Source of the DNA: Myxococcota bacterium
Lineage (GTDB): Bacteria; Myxococcota_A; UBA9160; JAFDDA01
Assembly: GCA_965228475.1 (NCBI GenBank)
Contig: OZ245817.1
Coordinates: forward strand, 640,001-704,000
Length of the DNA stretch: 64,000 nt
Direction of reading: 5' to 3'
The notes under the pieces are model-generated. The model was not told the origin of the DNA, did not search any database, and saw only the letters and a program-made list of their open reading frames with translations. Positions 1-10,976 of the stretch are shown here, in pieces (positions within the stretch are counted from its first letter, which is position 1; each line of letters starts with the position of its first letter). A program made the position numbers and the translations under genes.

Positions 1-975
1 TTCCGCCGGTGTCAGGTCGTAGAGGCCCGCCAGGACGTCGGGCTCGGCCCGGGGGCGCTCCGCGGGGTCCGTGATGAAGACGAGCGCGTGGACCGCGGCG
101 CTGCGCGGGTCGCTGAAGGCGACCCGCCGCCGCACCGGCGCGCACAGGAGCTGGTAGGCGGGCGCTCCCGAGGGCCGCGCGACCGCGACGGCCGGGACGT
201 CCGGGCTTCCGGCAATCGCCCGCGCGAGGGCCTCGCGGAGCCTCCGGGCCGCCGCCGGGTGGGCCGCCTGGAGCTCGCCGTGCTCCGTGCCGAGCCCGTC
301 GCCGGTGCGCAGGATCTCGTCGGCGCGCCGGTTGCTCGAGACCACGTTGCCGAGGGCGCCAACGAGCAGCAGGCCCGCCTCGGTCCGGTCGAGCGCGTCG
401 AGGAACGCCTCGCGGTCTTCCTCGGTGCGCTTGAGCAGCGCGAGGGTCCGGGCGGCGCGGATGATGTGCCGGTCGAAGATCTCGATCAGGCGCATGTGCC
501 GCGGCGTGAAGTCGCCCGAGCGCGCCGTCGGGTAGAAGGCCGTCCCGCCCGCCGGGCCCCGGGCATCGCCGAAGTGGAAGCTCCCGACCGCGCCCACACG
601 GAGCCCCTGCGGGCGCATCCACTCTTCGTAGAAGCCGGTGCGCTGCACGACGGCGTCGCTCACGTGGTGGCGCGTGTCGATCAGCTTGCCCGGGTTCTCG
701 AGGGCGATGTGGGGGTAGGGGTTCTGGGGGACCCAGTAGTCGGGCCGGGCCAGGTAGTCGGCGGCGAAGGATTCGTCGAAGCCCGCACCCACGTGGATCG
801 GCTGGGGTGCCGTGACGTCGTCGTTGCCGGCGGCGACGGCCACCCCAGCACCGTCGAGCGCCTCGGACACGCCTTCGAGGGCCACCGGCCAGCACTCGGC
901 GTCGGTCGCCGCAGCGTGGATTCCGTCGATCAGCGTGAGGACGCGAGCCTCGTCGAGTCGCTCCGTCTGGGCCAC
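1..975 (-). CDS. LuxR-family HTH transcriptional regulator with PAS-like region (3' end runs off the window)
   Basis: Not in the ORF track because it has no stop in the window. Manual minus-strand translation from GTG 975 gives MAQTERLDEARVLTLIDGIHAAATDAECWPVALE...VFITDPAERPRAEPDVLAGLYDLTPAE; LTPAE begins a LuxR HTH. The + ORF 88-1092 is its antisense shadow. Confidence 0.85.
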   Translation of the reverse strand, partial: MAQTERLDEARVLTLIDGIHAAATDAECWPVALEGVSEALDGAGVAVAAGNDDVTAPQPIHVGAGFDESFAADYLARPDYWVPQNPYPHIALENPGKLIDTRHHVSDAVVQRTGFYEEWMRPQGLRVGAVGSFHFGDARGPAGGTAFYPTARSGDFTPRHMRLIEIFDRHIIRAARTLALLKRTEEDREAFLDALDRTEAGLLLVGALGNVVSSNRRADEILRTGDGLGTEHGELQAAHPAAARRLREALARAIAGSPDVPAVAVARPSGAPAYQLLCAPVRRRVAFSDPRSAAVHALVFITDPAERPRAEPDVLAGLYDLTPAE

Positions 976-1036
976 GCACCAGACGTAGAGCAGCGGGCGG
1001 GAGCCCGACTACTCCCATCTGGGGGGAGAGCCCCGG

Positions 1037-1837
1037 CTAGTCGCCCTTGGATGCCCGCAGGGGGCGGAAGTCCGGTTCGCGTTTTTCGATGAAGGCCGCG
1101 ATCGCCTCGCGGTTCTCGGGGGAGCCGGCCTGCTCCATCATGGCGGCGTCCTCCACCTGGAAGGCGCGCTGGATGGCGTCGCCGTGGGCGGCGAGCAGGG
1201 TCCGCTTCGTGGCCTGGAGCGCCGAGACCGGCCAGCGGGCCATCTCGCGGGCCTTGCCGAGGGTGGCCTCGAGCAGCGCGTCGTCCGGAAGCGCGCGGGC
1301 GGCGATCCCGGTCTCGACGGCGCGCGCGGCGTCGATCCACTCCGCCGTGTAGAAAAGCTCCGCCGCGCGCTGGTTTCCGATCACGCGCGCGAGCAGGTAG
1401 CTGCTGGCGCCTTCCGGGACGAGCCCGAGGGAAACGAAGGGCAGGCGCAGGCGCACGCTCTCGCCGACGTAGACGACGTCGCAGTGGAAGAGGAAGGTCG
1501 CCCCGATCCCGACGCCGACCCCCTTGGCCGCGGCCAGCAGCGGCTTGTCGAAGGCGGCCAGGGCCTCCATGCAGCCGAAGTAGCCGCTGGGCTTGCCGTC
1601 GGCCCGGGGTTCGCCCGGGGAGCCGAAGGCCGAGAGGTCCTGCCCGGCGGAGAAGTCGCCGCCGGCGCCCGTCACGACCACCACGGCGGTGCGCGGATCC
1701 TCGCGCGCCTCGCGCAGCGCGTCGGCGAGGCCGTCCCACTGGGGGTCGTTGAAGGCGTTCTTGCGGCGGGGGCGGTTCAGGGTCAGGAGGAGGACGCCCT
1801 CCTCGTCGAGTTCCTTCAGAATCGGCGCGTCGCTCAT
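1037..1837 (-). CDS. Enoyl-CoA hydratase/isomerase family protein
   Basis: Crotonase motifs LTLNRPRRKNAF, FSAGQDL, GVGIGATF, LGLVPEGASS, EAIAAFIEKREPDF. Confidence 0.93.
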   Translation of the reverse strand: MSDAPILKELDEEGVLLLTLNRPRRKNAFNDPQWDGLADALREAREDPRTAVVVVTGAGGDFSAGQDLSAFGSPGEPRADGKPSGYFGCMEALAAFDKPLLAAAKGVGVGIGATFLFHCDVVYVGESVRLRLPFVSLGLVPEGASSYLLARVIGNQRAAELFYTAEWIDAARAVETGIAARALPDDALLEATLGKAREMARWPVSALQATKRTLLAAHGDAIQRAFQVEDAAMMEQAGSPENREAIAAFIEKREPDFRPLRASKGD

Positions 1838-2023
1838 GGGCGTGTGGTCTCCTCGGGAACCCGTTCCGGCGCGAGCTTAGCGGCGCACGGGGCCGGCGCC
1901 GCCGCCGGTGCGGCCCCGTGATCCCTTACATCAATGATTTCAATGGCTTATGAAACCGATCTGCGGATCAATCGCCGGTCCGCCCGTGGAACCCGATTTC
2001 GAGGGACTCTGTAACCCCCTGAT

Positions 2024-2071
2024 ACACAACCACTTGTGCCTGTCCGGTCAAGGAGCCCCCACATTTTGTGG
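2024..2071 (+). promoter_or_regulatory. Tandem NrdR boxes upstream of nrdJ
   Basis: ACACAACCACTTGTGC (2024-2039) and CCCCCACATTTTGTGG (2056-2071) resemble the consensus acaCwAtATaTwGtgt. They start 32 bp apart, the typical NrdR spacing, in front of an RNR gene. Confidence 0.75.
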
Positions 2072-2079
2072 AAAATTCG

Positions 2080-2108
2080 TTGACGGCTCCCGGGCACCGG
2101 AGTAAACC
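2080..2108 (+). promoter_or_regulatory. Putative sigma70 promoter of nrdJ
   Basis: TTGACG (2080-2085), 17 nt, TAAACC (2103-2108), next to the NrdR boxes. Confidence 0.55.
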
Positions 2109-2316
2109 CATTCTCGGGATGCGACAGTCCTGAAGAGGCCTGGGGGGGTTCTTAGGCGGTCTCTTCAAGGACGGCGAGCTGGGAAGGGATGGAGGACCCG
2201 ACCCGGTTCGGGGGCGCCGGATGGTTCTTTTCGGCGCCTCTCGCACCCCCCTTTTTGGCAAGGAGCCAATATCGCCGGCTTCACCGGCGTCAAACAGCAC
2301 CGTGGTCGGCCGCAGG

Positions 2317-2353
2317 GCGCAAGCTCAAAGCGCAAAGCGCAAAGCTCAAAGCG
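2317..2353 (+). repeat. Heptamer tandem repeat GCKCAAA in the nrdJ leader
   Basis: gcgcaa-gctcaaa-gcgcaaa-gcgcaaa-gctcaaa-gcg. Confidence 0.85.
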
Positions 2354-2477
2354 GCATGGGAGATTCGGCAACAGGCGCTTTCGCAATCGAGAGCGCACCG
2401 GCACAGGCGTCGCTGCAGAACGACCACGGGCGCGACCAACGGATCAGCAAGAGCGAGAATCAGCGGGGGATTTCAGC

Positions 2478-5249
<2,772 letters not shown>

Positions 5250-5272
5250 ACGCAGCGCACAGCCGAGGTTCC

Positions 5273-5361
5273 GGTCTCTTCACGGGGGTGAGAGACCACG
5301 GCACGCGGGGTCTCGAGTCCTTGTTACCGTTGGGGGGAACGGAGGGCTCGATGCCCCGCGT
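5273..5361 (+). terminator. Two stem-loops after nrdJ (terminator or mRNA stabiliser)
   Basis: GGTCTCT..CAC/GTG..AGAGACC (5273-5297) and ACGCGGGG..TCGAGTCC/GGGCTCGA..CCCCGCGT (5303-5361); no strong U-tract. Confidence 0.45.
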
Positions 5362-5391
5362 TCCTGTTTGGCCCCCGCTGCAAGGGATTCG

Positions 5392-5706
5392 ATGAAGCCC
5401 CGTCACCTCGCATGCCTCGTTCTGCTCCCGTTGGCGGCCGCCTGCTCCTCGGGTGAGGTGCCTCCGGCCGAGGGAGGGGAGGCCCCGCCGAGCTACGTCG
5501 AGTGCGTCGTGCCCCGCCCCCAGGTCTGCCAGAAGACCTACCTTCCGGTCTGTGGGCTGCGGGACACCGGCGTCCGCTGCGTGACGACGCCGTGCCCGTC
5601 GTGGGAGACGAAGACCTACGCCAACGCGTGCGACGCCTGCGCGGACCCGGCCGTCTACGGCTGGAGGCCCGGCGAGTGCGAGACCGAGGGCGTGGTCGAG
5701 GGCTGA
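5392..5706 (+). CDS. Small Cys-rich Kazal-like lipoprotein
   Basis: Lipobox AAAC; C..PQVC.K.YLPVCG...TYANACDAC...GEC Kazal-type pattern with CVTTPC insert. Confidence 0.75.
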   Translation: MKPRHLACLVLLPLAAACSSGEVPPAEGGEAPPSYVECVVPRPQVCQKTYLPVCGLRDTGVRCVTTPCPSWETKTYANACDACADPAVYGWRPGECETEGVVEG

Positions 5707-5775
5707 GACCCCCGCTGCCCCATTCTGGGCCCTCGGGCGCTCAAACCCTCCGGCCGTCGGACCGAAAAGGACCCC

Positions 5776-7482
5776 ATGAGACGGCTTCTTCTCCTCACTT
5801 TCTGCGTGGCGCTGGGCTTCGGCTGCAGCCCCACCCCCCGAGACCAACTCGACCGCATGGGCGTGCCCTTTTCGGTGAAGGCGATGATGTCCGCGGCCGA
5901 GGCCGGGGATCGTCACGTCGTGGGCCTGCTGCTCGAAGCCGGCATGACGCCGAACGGGACGGATGCCCGGCGGCGAACCGTGCTCGCGGCGGCCGCGGCC
6001 GGCGGCTCGCCCGAGGTGCTGGAGATGCTGCTCGCGGCCGGGGCCGACCCGAGCCGGGCCGACGAGGACGCGCGCACGCCCCTGATGGAGGCCGTCTCGG
6101 CGGGCCACGCCGAGGCCACCCGGGTGCTCCTGCGCGGCGGCGCGAACCCGCGCGCCGTCCGGGCCGACGGCATGACCGTCCTCATGCAGGCCGCCGTCCA
6201 TGGAAACCTCGAGGTGCTCGACGAACTCCTGCTGCGCGGACTCGAACTCGACGAGCGCGACCCCTTCGGGCGCACCGCCCTGCATCACGCCACCGCCGGG
6301 GGACATTCCGGTGTCGTCGGCCGACTGCTCGAGGAAGGCGCCTCGCCGAGCCTCCGCACGCGCGGAACCGGGGAGTTCGCTCTCGGGCTCGCCGCTGCCG
6401 CCGGCGACGCGAAGTCGCTGGCCCTGCTCGCCGCCGCCGGGGCCGACCTCGAACGCCGCGACTTCGAGAGCGAGGCGACCGCGCTGTGGATGGCTTCGGC
6501 CGCAGGCCACGCCGAAGCCGTCGCCGTGCTGCTCGAGAGTGGGGCCGACCCGACCGCGACGGATCGCAACGACGACCCGCCGCTGGTGGCCGCCGCGCGC
6601 GCCGGTCACACCGAGGCCATGGCGAGGCTGCTCGCCCACGGCGTCGACCCCGACGCGCCGGGCCAGCGCAGCGTCACCCCGCTCATGTTCGCGGCCGCGG
6701 AGGGGCACCTCGAAGCGGTGAGCCTCCTGCTCGAGAGCGGCGCGGACCCGTCCGTCGCCACCGAGGGCCGCTACTCCGCGCTCCGCGCTGCCCGCCGCGA
6801 GGGCCACGACGAGATCGCGATCAAGCTCGAAGCGGCCATCGAGCAGCGTCGGCGCGGGATCCCGGGCGCCCGTCGCTGGGCGCGCTTCGGCCGCTACGCC
6901 GACGCGTACCACACGCCGCCCGGGTGGAGCGCGATCGACCCGCTCACCAGCGATGCGCCGCTCGCCGAGGACTACTCGCTCCTCGGCGTCGACCCGGCCG
7001 AGGGCCTGCAGACGCGTCGCGCCCTGCTCGCCAGCGAGACCGGAGGGAGCCAGATCCTGCTCGTGCGCGGCGCCCGCGACGAATGGTCGGGCCGCCTCGC
7101 CGAAGGGGCCCGGCGGGCCGGACGCCGCGAGGTGCGGGGCGAGGGCCTGCGGACCGCGGACGGCGTCCCGATCGAGCTGCTCGCCCTCGAGCGTTCGGCG
7201 GCGGCGGGGGAGCCGGCCCGGCGCCACCTCCTGGCCATCATGGAGCTCCCGGACGAGGTGCTGATCGTGGACGCCGGCGGCCCTTCGGAGCGCTTCGACG
7301 CCACGCTGGTGGAAGACTTCCTGACCTCGCTGCGGGTCGAGCGCGGCGGCGACACCCTTCGCGCGGTGCGCGTCGATCCCGCGGAGCGTTCCGAGAGCGC
7401 TTCGCCGATCCCGCTTGCGACCGAGGCGGGTGCGCCCGCGGCCGAAGCGAGCCCGCCCGCGGCCCCCGCGGCGGTGCCGTGA
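5776..7482 (+). CDS. Ankyrin-repeat lipoprotein with an unrecognised C-terminal domain
   Basis: Lipobox-like LGFGC; about 9-10 repeats of the G.TPL..AA..GH...V..LL..GAD type. Confidence 0.9.
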   Translation: MRRLLLLTFCVALGFGCSPTPRDQLDRMGVPFSVKAMMSAAEAGDRHVVGLLLEAGMTPNGTDARRRTVLAAAAAGGSPEVLEMLLAAGADPSRADEDARTPLMEAVSAGHAEATRVLLRGGANPRAVRADGMTVLMQAAVHGNLEVLDELLLRGLELDERDPFGRTALHHATAGGHSGVVGRLLEEGASPSLRTRGTGEFALGLAAAAGDAKSLALLAAAGADLERRDFESEATALWMASAAGHAEAVAVLLESGADPTATDRNDDPPLVAAARAGHTEAMARLLAHGVDPDAPGQRSVTPLMFAAAEGHLEAVSLLLESGADPSVATEGRYSALRAARREGHDEIAIKLEAAIEQRRRGIPGARRWARFGRYADAYHTPPGWSAIDPLTSDAPLAEDYSLLGVDPAEGLQTRRALLASETGGSQILLVRGARDEWSGRLAEGARRAGRREVRGEGLRTADGVPIELLALERSAAAGEPARRHLLAIMELPDEVLIVDAGGPSERFDATLVEDFLTSLRVERGGDTLRAVRVDPAERSESASPIPLATEAGAPAAEASPPAAPAAVP

Positions 7483-7838
7483 GCCCGCCGGGCCTGCTCG
7501 AGATCGCCTTCGCGCTCTGCGCGGGAACCCTGCTCCTGATGATCGCTCCGGGCTTCTGGCTCTATCGCGGCGTGCTGAAGGACCTGCGCGAGAGGCACCC
7601 CGCGGCCTGGGCGGAGCTCGGCAGCCCGACGGTCGTCTACTACTCGTCCCAGGAGGCCCGGCGCGCGCTCGGCCGCTTTCTCTCGGGCGAAGAGGCGGTG
7701 GCCGCCCTCGGCGACGCCGAGTTCTCGCGGAGCGTCCGCCGCTACCAGGGCTACCTGCGCGTCTACGGCGCGGTCTTCGTCGGGCTGTGGATCTTGTTCG
7801 CGGCGATCGTCGCGAGCCGCCTGCTCGCCTCGCACTAG
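7479..7838 (+). CDS. Small two-TM membrane protein (UspB-like)
   Basis: GTG overlaps the ankyrin stop (GTGA); two hydrophobic helices flank LRERHPAAWAELGSP. Confidence 0.7.
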   Translation: MSPPGLLEIAFALCAGTLLLMIAPGFWLYRGVLKDLRERHPAAWAELGSPTVVYYSSQEARRALGRFLSGEEAVAALGDAEFSRSVRRYQGYLRVYGAVFVGLWILFAAIVASRLLASH

Positions 7839-7874
7839 AACGCCGCTCGGGCTCGGGCTCGGGCTCGAGCTGGG

Positions 7875-9032
7875 CTAGGCCTGCTCGACGATCTCCGAGA
7901 CCACGATCGCCGTGCCGTCGCCGTCTTCGGCGGCCGTCACCGGGGACCGGCTCATGAAGCGCGCGATCTGCTCACGGCCCTCTTCGCCGAGGTCCGCGAA
8001 GATCAGCACGAGGAACGCACCGTCCTCGCGGGCGACCGTGGCGTTCAGCATCAGCGGCGGCACGCCGTCCTCGCCGTAGAGCGCGAGCTTGAGCTCCGCG
8101 CCGACCTCGAGGCTCTCGTCGCGCATCACGCGCATGCCGCCCGAGGAGAGATCCTGTCCCATCAGGATGCGGCTCGAGCCGTCGCCCTTCACCAGGACGG
8201 GCTTGGCGTAGCGTCGGCGCGGCGACTGGCGGCGGTCGTTCTCGGCGTCGCGGCCCGGCTGGGTGGTCTCGTTCGCCTCGGGCTCGGACCGCGGGCGCTC
8301 GGGCGCCGCGGTGCGCGGCGCATCCTTCCAGGGTGCGGGCCCGGTGCCGTGCTGGGCGACCAGCTTCTTCACCTCGGACATCGCACCGCGCGACAGCGCT
8401 TCGAACTGGACCGCGACCTCGTGCCCCCGGGCGGCATCCTCGACCGCCGCAGCCGCGCTGCGTGCGACCCGCCCCTTGAGCTTCACCGCTCGCCCGCCCG
8501 TGAGTTCCGCCGGCAGGGTGAGGGAGAGGCGAGCGTCCGTCTTCACGAGCTGGTCGAGCTGGAGCCGGCAGCCGGTCGCCGAGAGCTCGAGCAGCATCGC
8601 ATCGCGCGCGAACCCGAGCCGCGCCCGGACGCGCACGGGGGCGCCGATGCTCACGCGCGGAACCCGGCGCTTCTCCGGGCCGCGGTACCACGCGTGCAGG
8701 AGCAGGAGGCGCAGCGCGCCCGGGTGGACCGGGCGGCGCAGCAGGAAGTCGACGCGGGCCTGGGTCAGCCGCTTCGAGAGCGTGCGCGAGAAGCCGTCGC
8801 AGACGGCGATGTGGGAGGCGCCGTCCGCCACCCCGCGCGACGAGCGGAGTTCGAGAACGCGCTGCGGCGTCGCGACCACGACCCGCCACGGCCCGCCGTC
8901 CGAGGCCGAGCTCGGCGCGTGGGCGCGCTCCTCGTAGGGAATGCCGAGGTCGTCGAGCTGATTGCAGACGTCCGCCAGCTCCTGACGGTGCAGAACCAGA
9001 ACGCGGCCTTTTTCGGGGGAAGCTTGCGACAC
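7875..9032 (-). CDS. Tandem PilZ-domain protein
   Basis: Two RxxxR / (D/E)xSxxG pairs: EKRRVPR...ELSATG and DRRQSPR...DLSSGG; N-terminal receiver-like segment. Confidence 0.85.
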   Translation of the reverse strand: MSQASPEKGRVLVLHRQELADVCNQLDDLGIPYEERAHAPSSASDGGPWRVVVATPQRVLELRSSRGVADGASHIAVCDGFSRTLSKRLTQARVDFLLRRPVHPGALRLLLLHAWYRGPEKRRVPRVSIGAPVRVRARLGFARDAMLLELSATGCRLQLDQLVKTDARLSLTLPAELTGGRAVKLKGRVARSAAAAVEDAARGHEVAVQFEALSRGAMSEVKKLVAQHGTGPAPWKDAPRTAAPERPRSEPEANETTQPGRDAENDRRQSPRRRYAKPVLVKGDGSSRILMGQDLSSGGMRVMRDESLEVGAELKLALYGEDGVPPLMLNATVAREDGAFLVLIFADLGEEGREQIARFMSRSPVTAAEDGDGTAIVVSEIVEQA

Positions 9033-9193
9033 GGACGACCTCGCAAGTTTGATCGGCGCACACCGGCGAGGGCTGGAGGAAGATGTGATTCAACCCACGC
9101 GAACGGGGCCGAAAGCGCAGCGCACCGGCAACGGCTGGGCAGGCGTCCGGCGGCCGGGCGGCGGCTGCGAGGGGAGGGGAGGCGGGCGCCGGC

Positions 9194-9547
9194 CTAGAGC
9201 GTCCAGCCCGGGCCCGCGACGTGGGCGACGAGCAGGTTCAGCAGGGAGAGGAGCAGCGCGCCGAACAGGGCCGGAAGGAACCCGTGGATCCGGAAGCCCG
9301 GGACGAGGGCGGCCGCGAGTTTCAACATCAGCGCGTTCACCACGATCAGGAAGAGCCCGAGCGTGAGGATCGTGATCGGCAGGGAGAGGATCACGAGCAC
9401 CGGGCGCACGAAGCCGTTGGCCAAGCCGAGGACCAGGGCGCCGAGCAGCGCGCCCACGGGGCCGTCCACCTCGATGCCGCGGATCGCGTAGGCGACGACG
9501 AGGAGAAGCGCCGCCGAGACGATCAGGTGTGCGAGGAATTCGGTCAC
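9194..9547 (-). CDS. YvlD / phage-holin-4 family 4-TM membrane protein
   Basis: VRPVLVILSLPITILTLGLFLIVVNALML signature. Confidence 0.88.
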   Translation of the reverse strand: MTEFLAHLIVSAALLLVVAYAIRGIEVDGPVGALLGALVLGLANGFVRPVLVILSLPITILTLGLFLIVVNALMLKLAAALVPGFRIHGFLPALFGALLLSLLNLLVAHVAGPGWTL

Positions 9548-9559
9548 GGGCTCGGGCCG

Positions 9560-10021
9560 CTAGTAGGTCCAGCGCCCGTTGCGGAAGCTGAAGATCTCGG
9601 AGACCGGGACGGTCCGGGTCACGGTGCACTGCTGCGAGCCGTCGCGCAGGCACGTGTAGGTGTTCTCCGTGTAGCGGAGGATGCCGATGTAGGGCGCCTT
9701 CGCCTCGCCGGTGGGCTTCACCTGGGTCTCGAAGTCGTCGCCGTAGCCGTCGAAGCGGATCACGACCTCGTCGGCCATGCTGTAGACCGGCGCGGCGCTC
9801 CGGTTGCGCGCCTCGTTCTTCTCGAGGTCGGCCATCCAGCCGCGCGCGTGCTTCTGGAAGGCGGCGCGGGCGTGGTTGAGCTCGCTCTCGACGGCGAAGC
9901 CCTGCTTGCCCCCGACGTCATCGGCGCCGGCCGCAGCCGGGCCGAGCAGGAGGGCCGAGACCCCGAGCGTGAGGAGCGTGCGCCCGAGGGTGAGGAGCGT
10001 TCGAAAACTGCGCTGAGCCAT
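9560..10021 (-). CDS. Hypothetical secreted protein
   Basis: ATG 10021 with GGGAG RBS; signal peptide; C-terminal PYIGILRYTE...EIFSFRNGRWTY. Confidence 0.7.
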   Translation of the reverse strand: MAQRSFRTLLTLGRTLLTLGVSALLLGPAAAGADDVGGKQGFAVESELNHARAAFQKHARGWMADLEKNEARNRSAAPVYSMADEVVIRFDGYGDDFETQVKPTGEAKAPYIGILRYTENTYTCLRDGSQQCTVTRTVPVSEIFSFRNGRWTY

Positions 10022-10133
10022 GTCGTTCTCCCTAGGGGGGCTTTCCATGGGACGCCTCAAGATAGCCGTTTCTTCATCCGCGCGGAGCGGCGGTTCGGCT
10101 AGACTGCCGCCGCCGTTCGCTGGGGGGTCCGTC

Positions 10134-10946
10134 GTGACCGAAGCCGGGCCCGATGCATTCGTCGCCGATCTTCTGCCGGCGGTCCAGGAGGCCGCCGCCC
10201 GCGCGCGCGCACTCGAGGGCCACGTCGCGAACCATCCCAAGGCCGGGGAAGCGAGCGACGTGAAGGCGGCGCTCACCGAAGCGGATACCGCCGTCCAGGA
10301 AGCCCTCCTCGGCGCCCTTCTGCCGCGCTTCGCCGACGTCGAGCTCGAGGCCGAAGAGGACACCCCGAGCGTGAGGCGGTTCTCGGGCGCGCGCGCCGCC
10401 CGGGTCGTGCTCGATCCCATCGACGGCACGCTCCGCTCCTACCTGGCCGGCGAGGGCCCCTACGCCGTGATGATCGGCCTCGACCTGGAGGACCGCTTCG
10501 TCGGGTCGCTGGTGGGGCTGCCCCGGGAAGGCCACCTCTTCTACGCGACCGCCGGGGGCGGAGCCTTTCACGTGACGGGCGAGTCGGGCCCGGTCGCCGC
10601 TCGGCTCGAGGACGACGGGAAGGACGTGCTCGTCTCCTACGCGCTACCGGCGCCGGTCGAGGCCGCCCTGCGTGAGCGCGGCTACCGGCCGCGCGGCGCC
10701 TGCGGAGGGGCCATCGCCGTGGCGCCGCTCCTGCCGGGCGTGGTCGGAGGCCTGCGCATCCCGACGCCGCCCCCGGTGAGCCCGCGTGGGCGGATCGGCC
10801 TGCTGGTCGCGCGGGAGGCGGGGGCTCGGGTCGGCCTCGCCGAGGGTCCGGCGCCGAGCCGGCTGTCCGAGCCCATGCCCCACGTCGCCGTCGCGGCGAC
10901 GGACGCCGTGCTCGCGGATCTTCAGGCCGCTCTCGCGGCGGCCTGA
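10134..10946 (+). CDS. Inositol monophosphatase family protein
   Basis: TEADTAVQE, AEED, LDPIDGT metal-binding motifs. Confidence 0.85.
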   Translation: MTEAGPDAFVADLLPAVQEAAARARALEGHVANHPKAGEASDVKAALTEADTAVQEALLGALLPRFADVELEAEEDTPSVRRFSGARAARVVLDPIDGTLRSYLAGEGPYAVMIGLDLEDRFVGSLVGLPREGHLFYATAGGGAFHVTGESGPVAARLEDDGKDVLVSYALPAPVEAALRERGYRPRGACGGAIAVAPLLPGVVGGLRIPTPPPVSPRGRIGLLVAREAGARVGLAEGPAPSRLSEPMPHVAVAATDAVLADLQAALAAA

Positions 10947-10976
10947 ACTCCGCCCGCCGCCCGGGCGGCCCCTGGC

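Noticed and set aside
88..1092. 334-aa plus-strand ORF
   Set aside because: Antisense shadow of the minus-strand LuxR-type regulator (1-975).
2109..2260. Cobalamin riboswitch upstream of B12-dependent nrdJ
   Set aside because: Only a CTGGGAAGG fragment is present; I could not find the GCCACTG and other core elements.
7845..7868. (GCTCGG)x4 simple repeat
   Set aside because: Short microsatellite between convergent genes with no evident function; not a CRISPR array.
9194..9547. Prophage signal from the holin-family gene
   Set aside because: YvlD-type proteins are common chromosomal genes; no phage structural genes or integrase in the window.
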